Positions 18,501 through 25,778 of a stretch of 64,000 nucleotides of DNA are shown here, piece after piece. Below the pieces are notes generated by a model, which saw only the letters and a program-made list of their open reading frames with translations, made no database searches and was not told the DNA's origin. The stretch spans positions 1,632,001 through 1,696,000 of the forward strand of contig CAXXVS010000003.1 in the NCBI GenBank assembly GCA_963674755.2. The letters run 5' to 3'. Position 1 is the first letter of the stretch. The number at the start of each line of letters is the position of its first letter. Source of the stretch: Desulfobacterales bacterium (GTDB lineage Bacteria > Desulfobacterota > Desulfobacteria > Desulfobacterales > UBA5852). A program made the position numbers and the translations under genes.

Positions 18501-20986
18501 ATGTGGTCGACAATCGCGGCGATATCTTCGTGCAGGCCAGCGCCGAAACCCGCCTGCATGTTTCCTCCGACGGCGATGCCTTCGGTGATGCCATCGGCAC
18601 CAGCGAGGCCCAGGCCGTGGCCCGCGCCTATGGCCTCGATATGGGGAACGGCGACAACCGTGTCTACAACGCGGGCACCATCGACGTTGCGGCGAATCCG
18701 GTGGCGGAATCCCTGACGGATGTTTCCGGCGGCGACATCTGCATCTGGTTTTTCGGCTGGTGGTGCGGCGGCGGTGGTGACGGGATCGGCACTTCGAACG
18801 CTTCCGCCTGGGCCGAAGCCCTGGGCATCAATCTGGGGGATGGCGACAACATCGTGGTGAATGACGGCACCATCGTCGCCCGCGCCGCGCCTGAGATAAC
18901 GACTGCAGTCAACGCGGGTGCCGACACGGCAACGGTGATCGGCGCCGTTCAAGCGCATGCCGTGGGCATCCGCACCGGCGACGGCGACAACGTGATCGTC
19001 AACAACGGCATTATTGAGGCCCACGCGGTTTCGACATCGATCCCCTGCATCAACTGCCCCGACCCCGCCCCCGCTGAAGCGCCGATCCAGGCGGTCGGCA
19101 TCCAGACCGGGGCCGGTGACGACACCATCGTGAATAGCGGGCGTATTGCCACCGCGATAACCGTCGCCGGCCTATCCTCAGACGGCGTCGCCATCGCCAC
19201 CGGTGCCGGAAACGATCAGGTAGCCCTCCTGGCCGGTTCCGAAACCACCGGTCGGATCGAACTGGGGGAAGGTGATGACCGGCTCAACCTTGTAGGGCGT
19301 GCGCTGCTCGAAGGGGATGCTCTGGGCGGGGCCGGCCGGGACGACATCGTCTTTCATGGAGAGGGAAGATATGACGGCGCGATCGAAGGTTTTGAAGGCG
19401 CCGCCAAGCACGAGGCCGGCACTTACACCCTGAACAGTTTGCCGACCATGCAGACGCTTCAGATTTACGACGGGACCCTTCGGGTCGAAGACGACTACGT
19501 GTTCGACGAGACCGGGTCGGCCCTCATGCGGATTCATTTGAACGGCTTCGGGCAGCTGGCAGTGGACGGCACGGCCGATCTCGGCGGCGACCTCGCGGTG
19601 CTGGCCGAGCAGCGCATGTTTCACAACGGGCAGATCTTCCCGATCATTCAATCTCAGAGCCTGGCGGATACGTTTCAGGATGTCGATCTACCCGAAGCAC
19701 GGCAGCTGCTGCGCTTCGAATTGAACTACAACAACGAAGACGAGCAGGTGGAAGTGGTGGCGCGCACCCGATCCTTCCGAACGGTGGCCCGCAACGCCAA
19801 CGAGCGGGCTATTGCCGATTACCTGGACCGGATCGGGACTTACGCCAGCGGGGAGCTGTCCCGTGTGCTGGGCGAGTTCCAGACGCTCCAGGGCCGCCAG
19901 TTCGGCGAAGCCTTTGCCGGCATGAGCCCCGCCAGCTATGGCGCCTCTACCGGTGCGGCGCTGAATACCTCCCGATTGTATTCCCAGGTTATCGGCAACC
20001 GGATGCAGTCGCTTGGGGCAGGGCCCTCCGGTTCTTCTCCCCGGAAGGCCGATGCATCCGAAGACGGTCTGGCCGGCACCCTGCTGGCCTACACCGGCCC
20101 GAACGCCTCCCTGGGCGATCTGACCAGCCGCCGGGCCCAGACAGACGCCCGGCGGCGCTGGGGCGCCTGGGCCAATGTCTACGGCCAATGGGCGAGCCAG
20201 GATGGCGACGACGGTTTCGTGGGCTACGACAGCGACACCTACGGCGTCGTTTTCGGAATGGACTACGCCCCTTCGGAAAACTGGTTGGCCGGTCTCAGTT
20301 TCGGCTATTCCAACAACGACGTGACGTTCGATGCCAATGCCGGCGACGGTACGATCGACAGCTATTTCGGGTCCCTTTACACAGGCTGGTATACCGATGG
20401 CCTCTACCTGGAGTCCATTCTCACATACGGCCGCCAGGCGTTCGACAACAAACGCAACATAGTGGTGGGCGCCACGCGATACACGGCCCGCAGCGACCAC
20501 GATGGAAGTCTTTTTAGTGGTTACCTGGAAACAGGGTACACGTTTGGCGATGCCAAATGGCAGATCGACCCTTTTGTCTCCTTGGAATACCTCTATCTGG
20601 ATGAAGACGGTTTCGAGGAAGAGGGAGCCGGTGTTTTGAATCTGATGGTGGACGACCGCCAGACCGATACCCTGCTGTCCTATTTAGGCGTGCGTACACA
20701 GGGCGTTATCGACACCTGTGTGGGGGCCCTGATCCCCGAGTTGAGCGTGGCCTGGTTGCACGACTTCGATATCGACGACCGCGTCGTCACCTCATCCTTT
20801 GCCGGGGCGCCGGGGGATGCCTTTTCCATCACCGGTCAGGAGGTGGCGCAGAACGGGCTGGTTGTCGGTGCATCGCTCACGCTGATGCAGGCCGGCGGTG
20901 TCCAGTCGTCCATCGCCTATAGCGGGGAATTTCGCGACGGGTATGATGCGCATGCCCTGATCGGTCAGATTCGGTTTGCGTTCTGA
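6557..20986 (+). CDS. Giant type Va autotransporter / putative adhesin (4809 aa)
   Basis: Extended signal peptide; dozens of AxGIxxGxGDDxIxNxGxIxAxAxA repeats; C-terminal beta-barrel from about 20150 ending in ...QIRFAF; GGGGGA RBS. Confidence 0.92.
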   Translation: MLNRVFTASSRWLPVCLRRDFRRQASSVALIGILSGIGFMAGGLLPVPLVRADDEISVTVVTGTAAGDAMTIADPIDAQAGLLTDESEKIAASATALDAQAGNDTVFSGSAVAAHSDATALLLQILDAKTQALAKSLGLVAGDGDDMVTNSGSVTVDAVSDGAYAGGLLFDIGDRDDEDRKIDISLSTEAGSTAIDTGDGDDTVDNEAILDADAVAISGGTADQLTAELEDSLSLTAQSSAKAETTGISSGDGDDNINNSSTISTVATATSGALGLDLSAGENAEGDKAKLELEVSAKAEAMAIGIQSDGDDPAEEDKDASPFGLDGLRVTYTKETTAESGSDDIVNRADIESVATATSGAGAASIDIGIDGAVQIKANAEAKAESIGIAAGAAGDSIFNHGHLSATATATVGALSASFQVGEASTDGDTSSENNTSSQSDAKATARAVGIASDGEGQFKSVSASAEISDTALVSHYAQTEGTLSAADQLTNEGAITTVATATSGSAGAAIDIMAGGSMASQANAEATSEAVAIFTGGGDDTVSNTGALDAVATSTADAISVGLAAAESQDDDSGDDADESGSVKSESGSKATATAKGIDTEGEAQSKSLEVDLAISRSGITAGFEYRREAASGSDTVDNQGTISAVSTATSGSGSAAIDIMAGGSVESKANAEANAESVAIFTGGGDDTVTNTETGELDAVATASAGAVGVTVGVSDSSDQDDDGGIINNLRERFWPTVHSEANATATATATGIDAEGTAEDTSFAVDGSLDRQGLALNLAYGESQASGNDRVENDGAITAVATATSGAGSVDVQVNSDGTAAAEANSTATARADAIRTGSGDDRVDNEGALSAVATATAGALSVGVAHAEGDDTKARVEAKATSTAKANGIDTEGDSDSRAVVFDLGLSREGLHVHYNDTRTAASGNDVVVNQAGVTAVATASSGAAAVPVSIDGSAAADVTSKATSGAAAISTGGGRDVIDNNGDLAATSTATSAALAVAFGQQTQSTGKTKASVKAGATATADAVGIAADGDSGDQSTDFALDLTEAGLGSRFAKTRTAVDGDDTLTNTGDVTTTATASSGAAGVAVAIDGAAAVDITSTTKAHATGIDTGGGDDTIDNQGAITSTATATSLALGVGVGAKSGSSGKASSKVEATAKSEARAIGITTDGDQQDTALAIGLAITENGLGARYYQSKTPVSGDDHLTNTEAVTAVATATSGAGAVGVTTEGSAKSDAGAEAKADARALDLGGGSDTVDNSGALSAVATATAAAVEVSVSGKGTTIANNGIFSAGTKADARSVGIAGTGAENAETLDVTLGVDFNAVSAEFGFEKIADGIGADGDDTVINNAAITAVATATAPEVSVAVTSEGIAASLTSTEAKADAAAIRTGHGDDVIMTDGSLSAVATATAAAANVAVTGKGLAVAGNAVWDGGIKADAKAAGIHSEGGDKDSLTVDVGASLQGVAVVYGKTKELASGEDTVTNDGDITATAVAAAPEVSVAVASQGMAASISTSTANSEAFGIRTGDADDTITNRGSITATANADAVAVNVAVAPTGVSAAGNNFWSGGNKAQASAFGIDADGETASETRSYFGADNDGVAFTYTQEESLANGDDVIRNDGDVAVTAVAAAPTASVAVTTEGVAAAMSTATAKSDARAIRGGDGDDDIENAGDLTVFSNADAAAVNVSVVPTGGVSVAGNNFWDGGTQAEALAVGIDGDGESLSTSSTNVSVGGNGIGIEYTSSRQMASGDDRIVNSGNMDITAVAVSPAVSAAVTAAGVSAAISTAKATSDARAIRGGDGSDTIENTGDLTVVSNADAAAVNVSVNAEGGVALAADAIWDGGTTAEARAMGIDAEGESSTSSTTKIAIGASVDYDRDKTDEEATGDDIVNNQGAINAWAVAVAPSVAVSVVGTGGVAGAISTATAKADSTAISTGGGDDTIRNSGALTSETVANADAVSVSVTGVGGVSVSGNNVWDGGTKSEATTRGVDSGDGDDVLENHGAIAATATSVTANGSVSVTGVGGVAGAISTSTAKSDSAAILTGEGADTIKNFRNLSSGASSIAASVNVSVTGVGGVSVSGNNAWDGGTRAEAKSRGVDSGDGDDTLENSGDIAAWATTVAASGAVSVVGVGGGAGALSTATAKADSAAIDTGSGEDTITNTGMLSSEAFATGDAANVSVTGVGGVSVSGNDVWDGGTLSEAQSRGLTSGDGDDHVDNYGAISATATTVTGTGAVAVTGVGGVSGAISTATAKSDGTAIDTGDGDDEVTNSGNLTAESSAVAAAVNVSVTGVGGVSLAGNNAWDGGTLSEARSRGIDSGDGDDILNNSGDIVAIATTVTATGAVSVTGVGGVSGAVSTSTAKSDAVAMAMGAGEDEVANSGVLAARAFANADGLNVAVTGVGGVSVAGNNAWDGGTLAEARAAGIDGGDGEARISNTNRITATADAVSVAASLSYVTFGVPLAISTSTADADAAALRSGDEDDELANSGDLTAAADATAVSVNVAVTGAGVAGAGDAVWDGGTKATAVSVGVDAQAGQDMIHNNGAMAVDADAVTSSTSVAFTVAGVSGAISTSTATADAQAISAGDGDDTLVNEGALDSTANATAVSVSFAASAGGAAIAADAAWDGGTKANASSQGLAGGLGNDEIRNTAGIDATADSTASSNSVAMTVAGVSGAVSTATSIADAAAIDAGEGNDTIVNSGDLTGTADAGATSVSVTITGMGAALATDAFWDGGTQADATARGIAGGAGEDEITNTANITAEAGSHTTSAAVSVVGGGLAGAMAASTASAAATAIDAGADDDRVYNDGELTATAAAEASGVSVAVTSVGASLAGALDSATTGNARAVGMAGGEGADFLTSSELSAMTIDARAVTTDTAVSVAAEGLAGAVADALAVAEGIAIDGGADNDQIANAGLIVETVAAEANSRAVAFTLTGVEVADANAESRATATGLSGGAGDDVVRNFGSIALEANADAEGLAIAGTLGGASVAGANATAGVEAIGLEGEGGEDTLINTGRIAGDVNATTHARTINAALAGYALSEANATATVSALGISGGESDDTLINTVSGDIDLLATADVYANQVTIAVAGAADGEANATPEIEVTGLAGGAGDDAILNEGRLTLRSRSKSEATGSSWTVAGSASSRSGNQVTTTVKGITGGSGNDDIVNTGTIQVGPGEDATGDDYWMASLITDSYSLGFAGATNAETTAYAHTLSTGIEGETGDDRIQNDGDILVMATSRSESTSGTLNLFGSGAADSDAGALTVATGIMGGEGDDRIVTGGASPALIRVIADSNLTMDGSRFAIGGGGAAGGKLVAETVAAGISGGDGEDLLINAGDVSVTAVSTLNSQAGSDTIFGTSGTGLTSGATTDAAGMTGGDGDDAIENTGRIEVAATATLTQDGSSYTFGGTGETGGALVAATRVVGIAGDLGGDIIRNAGDIIVAADADLESRGDSETTFGTSEGGVTVGADVETAGIDGGDGDDAIETTGRVEVSAAATLNQAGSSYTFGGTGETGGTLAATTRTVGIVGDGGADHIRNTGVIDVQADAALTSNGASEATFGGSSASVVSGGQSYAAGITGGEDDDVIENNADGRVDVRSSAEVTTESIAYTFGGGSGTEAILTGDATAVGLDGGSGNDRLASHGVVDVEAVSTLQSTGGAKNTLSLTSDVDSTGRSAAAAQARGLDAGDGDDIIAASGQIDVRAAATTEVLNEARSGASITSDNEAGAITRADADAAGLAAGDGANRIHNQSELTVAAASTAYAFAYASGASVSFDGDGLTRAESRANATAAGIRAADGDNVIANTGQVTVTADATTAKELETSITIYSMGDDAEPIDPPQTYGEEELPAFVDGEGDPIDQNRTGYPEGTILFWTRAPLDQQDPNVAAQGAYYVVVVSEIDSDGPDGEEEPYELWQWELTQQVVAETITIAEDSFPSYAAANGNGLDGDGNARATGSTVAEARGVQLGDGDNVVDNRGDIFVQASAETRLHVSSDGDAFGDAIGTSEAQAVARAYGLDMGNGDNRVYNAGTIDVAANPVAESLTDVSGGDICIWFFGWWCGGGGDGIGTSNASAWAEALGINLGDGDNIVVNDGTIVARAAPEITTAVNAGADTATVIGAVQAHAVGIRTGDGDNVIVNNGIIEAHAVSTSIPCINCPDPAPAEAPIQAVGIQTGAGDDTIVNSGRIATAITVAGLSSDGVAIATGAGNDQVALLAGSETTGRIELGEGDDRLNLVGRALLEGDALGGAGRDDIVFHGEGRYDGAIEGFEGAAKHEAGTYTLNSLPTMQTLQIYDGTLRVEDDYVFDETGSALMRIHLNGFGQLAVDGTADLGGDLAVLAEQRMFHNGQIFPIIQSQSLADTFQDVDLPEARQLLRFELNYNNEDEQVEVVARTRSFRTVARNANERAIADYLDRIGTYASGELSRVLGEFQTLQGRQFGEAFAGMSPASYGASTGAALNTSRLYSQVIGNRMQSLGAGPSGSSPRKADASEDGLAGTLLAYTGPNASLGDLTSRRAQTDARRRWGAWANVYGQWASQDGDDGFVGYDSDTYGVVFGMDYAPSENWLAGLSFGYSNNDVTFDANAGDGTIDSYFGSLYTGWYTDGLYLESILTYGRQAFDNKRNIVVGATRYTARSDHDGSLFSGYLETGYTFGDAKWQIDPFVSLEYLYLDEDGFEEEGAGVLNLMVDDRQTDTLLSYLGVRTQGVIDTCVGALIPELSVAWLHDFDIDDRVVTSSFAGAPGDAFSITGQEVAQNGLVVGASLTLMQAGGVQSSIAYSGEFRDGYDAHALIGQIRFAF
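10856..14790 (+). repeat. Intragenic tandem repeat array of 12 W[DS]GG-marked units
   Basis: Trp codons at 10856, 11264, 11675, 12086, 12497, 12824, 13151, 13478, 13805, 14126, 14447, 14768 (spacings 408, 411 x3, 327 x4, 321 x3). Confidence 0.85.
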
Positions 20987-21099
20987 TCGCGGCCAACGGC
21001 GTCTCTCCCTTGAACAACAAATGGAACTGGCATATGGATGAATGATGGTGTCTGTCTATATCGTCCAATACGACGCCAATATTGAAAGGGGGGGAGAAG

Positions 21100-22143
21100 A
21101 TGACTGATACCAAGCGGGTCATGAGTGAAAAGCCCTTGAACGCTGAAACGCCGCCCGAGCGCCTGCGCTCCTGGATCACGGCCAACGACGTCTTTTTCGA
21201 TCGCAATCAGGGGCAGATTCCCCAGGAAAAGATCCCTTTGGATCAGTGGTCCCTGACCATCGACGGGGAAGTCAAAAAGCCCTTGGCGTTGTCTTTCGAA
21301 CAGATCGGCGCGCTTCCCAAAGCGATTGTCGCCAACACCCTCGAATGTTCGGGCAACAGCCGGTCGCTGCTCACCAAGAAGGCTTCGGGCAATCCCTGGA
21401 CCATCGGCGGGGTGGGCAATGCCGTCTGGGGCGGGGTGGGGCTTGCGGTGCTGTTGCAGGAAGCCGGTCTCACGGCCCGGGCCGCCCATGTGGCTTTCGA
21501 AGGCTTGGATACGCCCCTGGGCAAGGCCCAAATATCCTTCGTGCGCAGCATCCCCGTCGAGAAGGCCATGGCGTCCACCCTGCTGGCCTATGAAATGAAC
21601 GGGGAGCCGCTGCCCCTGAAGCACGGCTACCCTTTGCGGGCCCTCGCCCTGGGGTGGACCGGCGCCAATTGCGTGAAGTGGCTGAACCGCATCACGGTGC
21701 TGGACAAGCCTTACGAGGGCTTCTTCATGGATAAGGTCTACCGGGTATTCCAACCCGGCCAGAGCCCGACCAGCGGCGAGGTCGTCACCGGCATCAAGCT
21801 CAAGTCCATCGTTACCCAGCCCCTGCCCGGCGAGCAGCGGCCGGCCGGAAGGATCGTCGTTCTCGGGGCGGCCTACGCCGGGGAAGAGCGGGTGGCGAAA
21901 GTGGAGGTGTCCACCGACAGCGGGGGCACCTGGCAGCCGGCGGAATTCATCGGCCCGGATGCGCCCTATGCCTGGCGGCAATGGCAGTTCGAATATCAGA
22001 CGGATCAGGCCGGTGAGCATACGCTTCTCTGCCGGGCCACGGACCGGAACGGACGGCAGCAACCCGATACGGCCGAATGGAACCACCTCGGCTACGGCAA
22101 CAACGGCATCCGGGAACATGGGGTCACCTTCGAGGTGATTTAG
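21100..22143 (+). CDS. Sulfite oxidase-family molybdopterin oxidoreductase (no signal peptide)
   Basis: PLNAETP, FFDRN, LECSGNSR (Mo-ligating Cys), YEMNGEPLPLKHGYPLR, VKWL, C-terminal Ig-like dimerisation domain. Confidence 0.9.
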   Translation: MTDTKRVMSEKPLNAETPPERLRSWITANDVFFDRNQGQIPQEKIPLDQWSLTIDGEVKKPLALSFEQIGALPKAIVANTLECSGNSRSLLTKKASGNPWTIGGVGNAVWGGVGLAVLLQEAGLTARAAHVAFEGLDTPLGKAQISFVRSIPVEKAMASTLLAYEMNGEPLPLKHGYPLRALALGWTGANCVKWLNRITVLDKPYEGFFMDKVYRVFQPGQSPTSGEVVTGIKLKSIVTQPLPGEQRPAGRIVVLGAAYAGEERVAKVEVSTDSGGTWQPAEFIGPDAPYAWRQWQFEYQTDQAGEHTLLCRATDRNGRQQPDTAEWNHLGYGNNGIREHGVTFEVI

Positions 22144-22234
22144 GGCCCCACATGGTTTCTTGTCTGTCCTCCGGCATCTGCGGTACCGGCTATAGCAGGA
22201 CCGACCTATCGGAACGATCCGAGGGGAGTGTTGG

Positions 22235-22732
22235 TTGAAAACGGAAGACTTTGTTCAGAAGCGCGTCGCACGCTACTACTGGCGGGATGACATCAACTGC
22301 GCCACGACCACGCTCAAAATTCTATCCGAGCATTTTGATTTTGCGCTGTCGGAACAAGTTATCGACGGGGCCGTCGGGATGCACGGGGCCGGAGAATACG
22401 GCGCCCAATGCGGTCTGGTGGAGGGCGCCCTGATGTTTCTGGGGATCATGGGGCGTTCGCGGGCCATCCCGGACGATGCTATCATATCCACGTGCCGGGC
22501 CTTTGCCGCGCGTTTTGAAAAGCGTTTTAAAAGCTTGTCGTGCGCCATTCTGCGCCCCGCCGGATTCGATCCCCGGAATCCGCCCCATCTTTGCGAAGAC
22601 TTTACCTGCCGCGCCGTTGGCTTCTCGATCGATTTCATTCAGGAATTTTTGGATGCCGGCGGAACGCCCCCGGCATCGAAAGAAGCCCCGACGGCTGCCG
22701 CAAGCGATGCGCTTCATCATTACGCCACTTGA
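22235..22732 (+). CDS. C-GCAxxG-C-C family putative redox protein
   Basis: NCA, AQCGLVEG, SLSC, HLC cysteine pattern. Confidence 0.75.
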   Translation: MKTEDFVQKRVARYYWRDDINCATTTLKILSEHFDFALSEQVIDGAVGMHGAGEYGAQCGLVEGALMFLGIMGRSRAIPDDAIISTCRAFAARFEKRFKSLSCAILRPAGFDPRNPPHLCEDFTCRAVGFSIDFIQEFLDAGGTPPASKEAPTAAASDALHHYAT

Positions 22733-22741
22733 GCGGCGTCC

Positions 22742-24898
22742 CTACTTGTCCTGCGGCGCCTTTTCTTCCTTTAGCAGGATGCGCACATCCACCACTTGCA
22801 AGCCTTTTTCATAGGCAATGACCGGATTCAGGTCCATTTCCCGGATGTCCGGGTAGGCCTCCATCACTTCCGAGCAGGTCACCAGCAGGTGTTTGATGGC
22901 CCGTTTGTCGCAGGGCGGGGTGTTGCGGGTACCGGTCAGCATGGGGTAGGCTTTGATCTCCTCGATCATGCGGCCGGCCGAAAGCAGGGATATGGGCAGC
23001 ACCCGGAAGGAGACATCCTTGAGCACCTCCACCAGGATGCCCCCCAGCCCGAACATGATGATGGGGCCGAACTGGTCGTCGTACTTGGTGCCGATGATGA
23101 GTTCGGTACCCGGAGCAGCCATGGGGGATACCAGGATCCCGTGAATGTCGGCCTGGGGCGCATAGGCCCGGGCGTTTTGCATGATTTCGGCATAGGCGGC
23201 CCGGATGGCCGCGGCATCCCTGAGACCGATTTTTACGCCGCCGGCATCGGTCTTGTGGAGAATATCCGGTGAGACGATTTTAAGCGCCACGGGCTGGTCC
23301 ACCAACGCCGCGGCGGCCACGGCCTCGTCGGCCGTACGGGCCAGGATGTCCCGGGAGACATTGGCCCCATGCAGTTGAAAGAGTTTTTTGCCCTCGTTTT
23401 CCAGCAGAGCGGTACGCCCTTCGGCGCGGGCGTTAGCGATGACAGCCTGGCCGTCTTCACGGGCCTTGCGGCCCCAGTCCATGAGGAAATCGAACTTGGG
23501 CCGGTAGGATTTGACGGTTTTCCCATAGCGGGCCAGCACGCTTACGCATTTGCAGGCGATCTCCAGGGAGTCGTAGACCGTGATGCCGTAATAGCGCAGG
23601 AGATCCAGGGCGTGCGGTTTCTCCGAGCTGTATAGGCTGTGGACCACGATGGGTTTGCGGCGCTTCTTGACCAGCTTGCCCATCTGATGGGCGGCGTCCT
23701 CTTCCTTGAGGGCCAGCTCTTCGGCAAACCGGATGCCATATCCGCCGAAAAGGCCTACCAGAAGCAGGCCGCCCACCTGGGGATCGTTCAGGATAAGGCG
23801 GGCGCAGTCGGCAAACAGGGAAGGATCCGCATCTGTTCCACCGGCCACGTCCACGGGGTTTGGTACCGAGGCGGCTCTGGGCAGCAGATTGCGCAGGGCT
23901 TCCTGGGTTTTGGGACTGAGCAGGGGCAGTTCGAGGCCCAGGTCGGTCAACAGGTCGGCGGCGATGGTGGCGTGGCCGCCCCCGTCGGCCAGGATGGCCA
24001 CCTTGTTGTTGCGGATGGGGGGCAGGCTGGCCAGGGTCTCGGCGGCCGGGAAGAGTTCGTCGGAGTTTTCGATCACCACGATGCCGGCCCGCCCGAAGGC
24101 GCCCAGGGCCACTTCCGACATGCCGGCCAGGGCCCCGGTATGGGAGCCGGCCGAGCGTTTGCCCGTGGCGGAGCGGCCGCTTTTGAGCAGGATAACCGGT
24201 TTTTTGGTGGTGGCGTGGTAGGCGGTCTGCAGAAAGCGGCGTCCCTCCCGCAGACCCTCGACATACATCAGGACGGCCCGGGTGGCGGGGTCTGCGATGA
24301 AATAGGAGAGGTATTCGTCAAAGCGGATATCGGCCTCGTTGCCCACGCCGACATAGCAGGAAAAGCCCTTGCGGCTTTTGAGGCGGGCCTCGGTGATCAG
24401 CGTCAGGGCCATGTTGCCGCTCTGGGAGAGCAGGGCGATGTCGCCCGGGGGCATGTCTTTGAGTCCCACCAGATTCAGATGGCGATGGGGGTTGATCATG
24501 CCGGAAGTGTTGGGGCCGATCAGGCGGATCCCGTGGCGCCGGGCCGTGGCCGTGATGCCTTCTTCCAGGCGGCGGCCTTCCTGGCCCAGTTCGCCGAATC
24601 CGCCGGCGATGATCACGGCGCCGGCCACGCCTTTGCGGCCGCAATCCTCCAGAATGGCGTCGATGGTGACGGCCGGGGTCGTGATCAGGGCCAGATCCAC
24701 CGGACCGGGAATGGCGGCGACCGAAGGGTAGCAGGGGAGCCCGAGGATATTGTGTTCCTTGGGGTTAACCGGATAGATGGTGCCGGCGAAGTGTTCCTCT
24801 TGCAAGGTCCGGATCGCCTGGTAGCCGCGTTTGGTGGGCTGGCGGGAGGCCCCTACGATGGCTACGGATTCGGCATTGAACAGGCGGTCGAGTGACAT
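22742..24898 (-). CDS. ADP-forming acyl-CoA synthetase (fused alpha/beta, acetate-CoA ligase family)
   Basis: SVAIVGAS, IYPVNP, IGPNTSG, SQSGN, SHTGALAG (phospho-His), HKTDAGGV, DLNPV; GGAGG before ATG at 24898. Confidence 0.9.
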   Translation of the reverse strand: MSLDRLFNAESVAIVGASRQPTKRGYQAIRTLQEEHFAGTIYPVNPKEHNILGLPCYPSVAAIPGPVDLALITTPAVTIDAILEDCGRKGVAGAVIIAGGFGELGQEGRRLEEGITATARRHGIRLIGPNTSGMINPHRHLNLVGLKDMPPGDIALLSQSGNMALTLITEARLKSRKGFSCYVGVGNEADIRFDEYLSYFIADPATRAVLMYVEGLREGRRFLQTAYHATTKKPVILLKSGRSATGKRSAGSHTGALAGMSEVALGAFGRAGIVVIENSDELFPAAETLASLPPIRNNKVAILADGGGHATIAADLLTDLGLELPLLSPKTQEALRNLLPRAASVPNPVDVAGGTDADPSLFADCARLILNDPQVGGLLLVGLFGGYGIRFAEELALKEEDAAHQMGKLVKKRRKPIVVHSLYSSEKPHALDLLRYYGITVYDSLEIACKCVSVLARYGKTVKSYRPKFDFLMDWGRKAREDGQAVIANARAEGRTALLENEGKKLFQLHGANVSRDILARTADEAVAAAALVDQPVALKIVSPDILHKTDAGGVKIGLRDAAAIRAAYAEIMQNARAYAPQADIHGILVSPMAAPGTELIIGTKYDDQFGPIIMFGLGGILVEVLKDVSFRVLPISLLSAGRMIEEIKAYPMLTGTRNTPPCDKRAIKHLLVTCSEVMEAYPDIREMDLNPVIAYEKGLQVVDVRILLKEEKAPQDK

Positions 24899-24954
24899 AG
24901 CATCCTCCGGGGAATTGTTATGCTCTGGCACGCATGGGGTTTTGAAAATGAAGG

Positions 24955-25743
24955 TCAATGCTGGTCCGATTTGTCTGAAGACCCCTTGCGATCGGCAAAG
25001 TTCGCCAGGGCCTGCAGACGCTCCTGCGTGGCCACGCAGGCCAGACAGGCCTCGATTTCGAAGGCCATCAGGGCTTCCAGGCTGACGGGCTCGCGGGCCA
25101 TACGCAGTCCCTTTTTGATCATTTTCAGGGAAAAGGCGGCATTGGCGGCGATATCCCGGGCCATACGTTGGGCCGCGGGCAGGAGTTCTTCTGGAGGCAC
25201 GGCCTGGTTGACGAGACCGATGCGTTCGGCTTCGCGGCCGTCGATATTGCGGGCCGTGAATAGCAGTTCGCTGGCCTTGCCGGGCCCCACCAGATCCTGG
25301 AGCAATCGCAAGGCGCCCCCGGTGACCGACGAGCTGACCCGGGCTTCAGGGGAGCCGATGAGGGCATCTTCGGCCGCAATCCGGATGTCGCAGGCCAGGG
25401 CCAACTCATAGCCGGATCCCAGGGCATACCCGTTGATGGCGGCGATGGTGGGTTTTTCGAACCCGATGACTTGCCGGGAGACGGCCTGCAGGCCCTCCAG
25501 ATAGTCCCGGTAGGCTTCCAGGGTGCGGGTTTTGGATTCCTTGAGATCGGCCCCTGAGGAGAAGGCCCGCCCCTCGCCGGTGATGATGAGCACCTTGACC
25601 GTCGGATCCTGGCGAACGGCTTCGAGGGCCTCCTCGAATTCGATCCACAGCCGGCGGTTCATGGCATTGAGGACCTTCGGCCGGTTGAGGGTGATCAGGG
25701 CCACCCCGTCCCGGGCTTCACAGCGGATGCATTCATAGGGCAT
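24955..25743 (-). CDS. Enoyl-CoA hydratase/isomerase family protein
   Basis: ITLNRPKVLNA, AFSSGADL, PTIAAINGYALGSGYELALACD. Confidence 0.9.
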   Translation of the reverse strand: MPYECIRCEARDGVALITLNRPKVLNAMNRRLWIEFEEALEAVRQDPTVKVLIITGEGRAFSSGADLKESKTRTLEAYRDYLEGLQAVSRQVIGFEKPTIAAINGYALGSGYELALACDIRIAAEDALIGSPEARVSSSVTGGALRLLQDLVGPGKASELLFTARNIDGREAERIGLVNQAVPPEELLPAAQRMARDIAANAAFSLKMIKKGLRMAREPVSLEALMAFEIEACLACVATQERLQALANFADRKGSSDKSDQH

Positions 25744-25778
25744 GGCGTGTTTCCTTGGTCCGAGGGGTTGGTGGGGCA

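Noticed and set aside
9113..19024. Long minus-strand ORFs (613, 764, 624 aa and others) opposite the autotransporter
   Set aside because: Shadow ORFs caused by GC-rich, Ala/Gly/Thr-biased codons; no motifs or RBS
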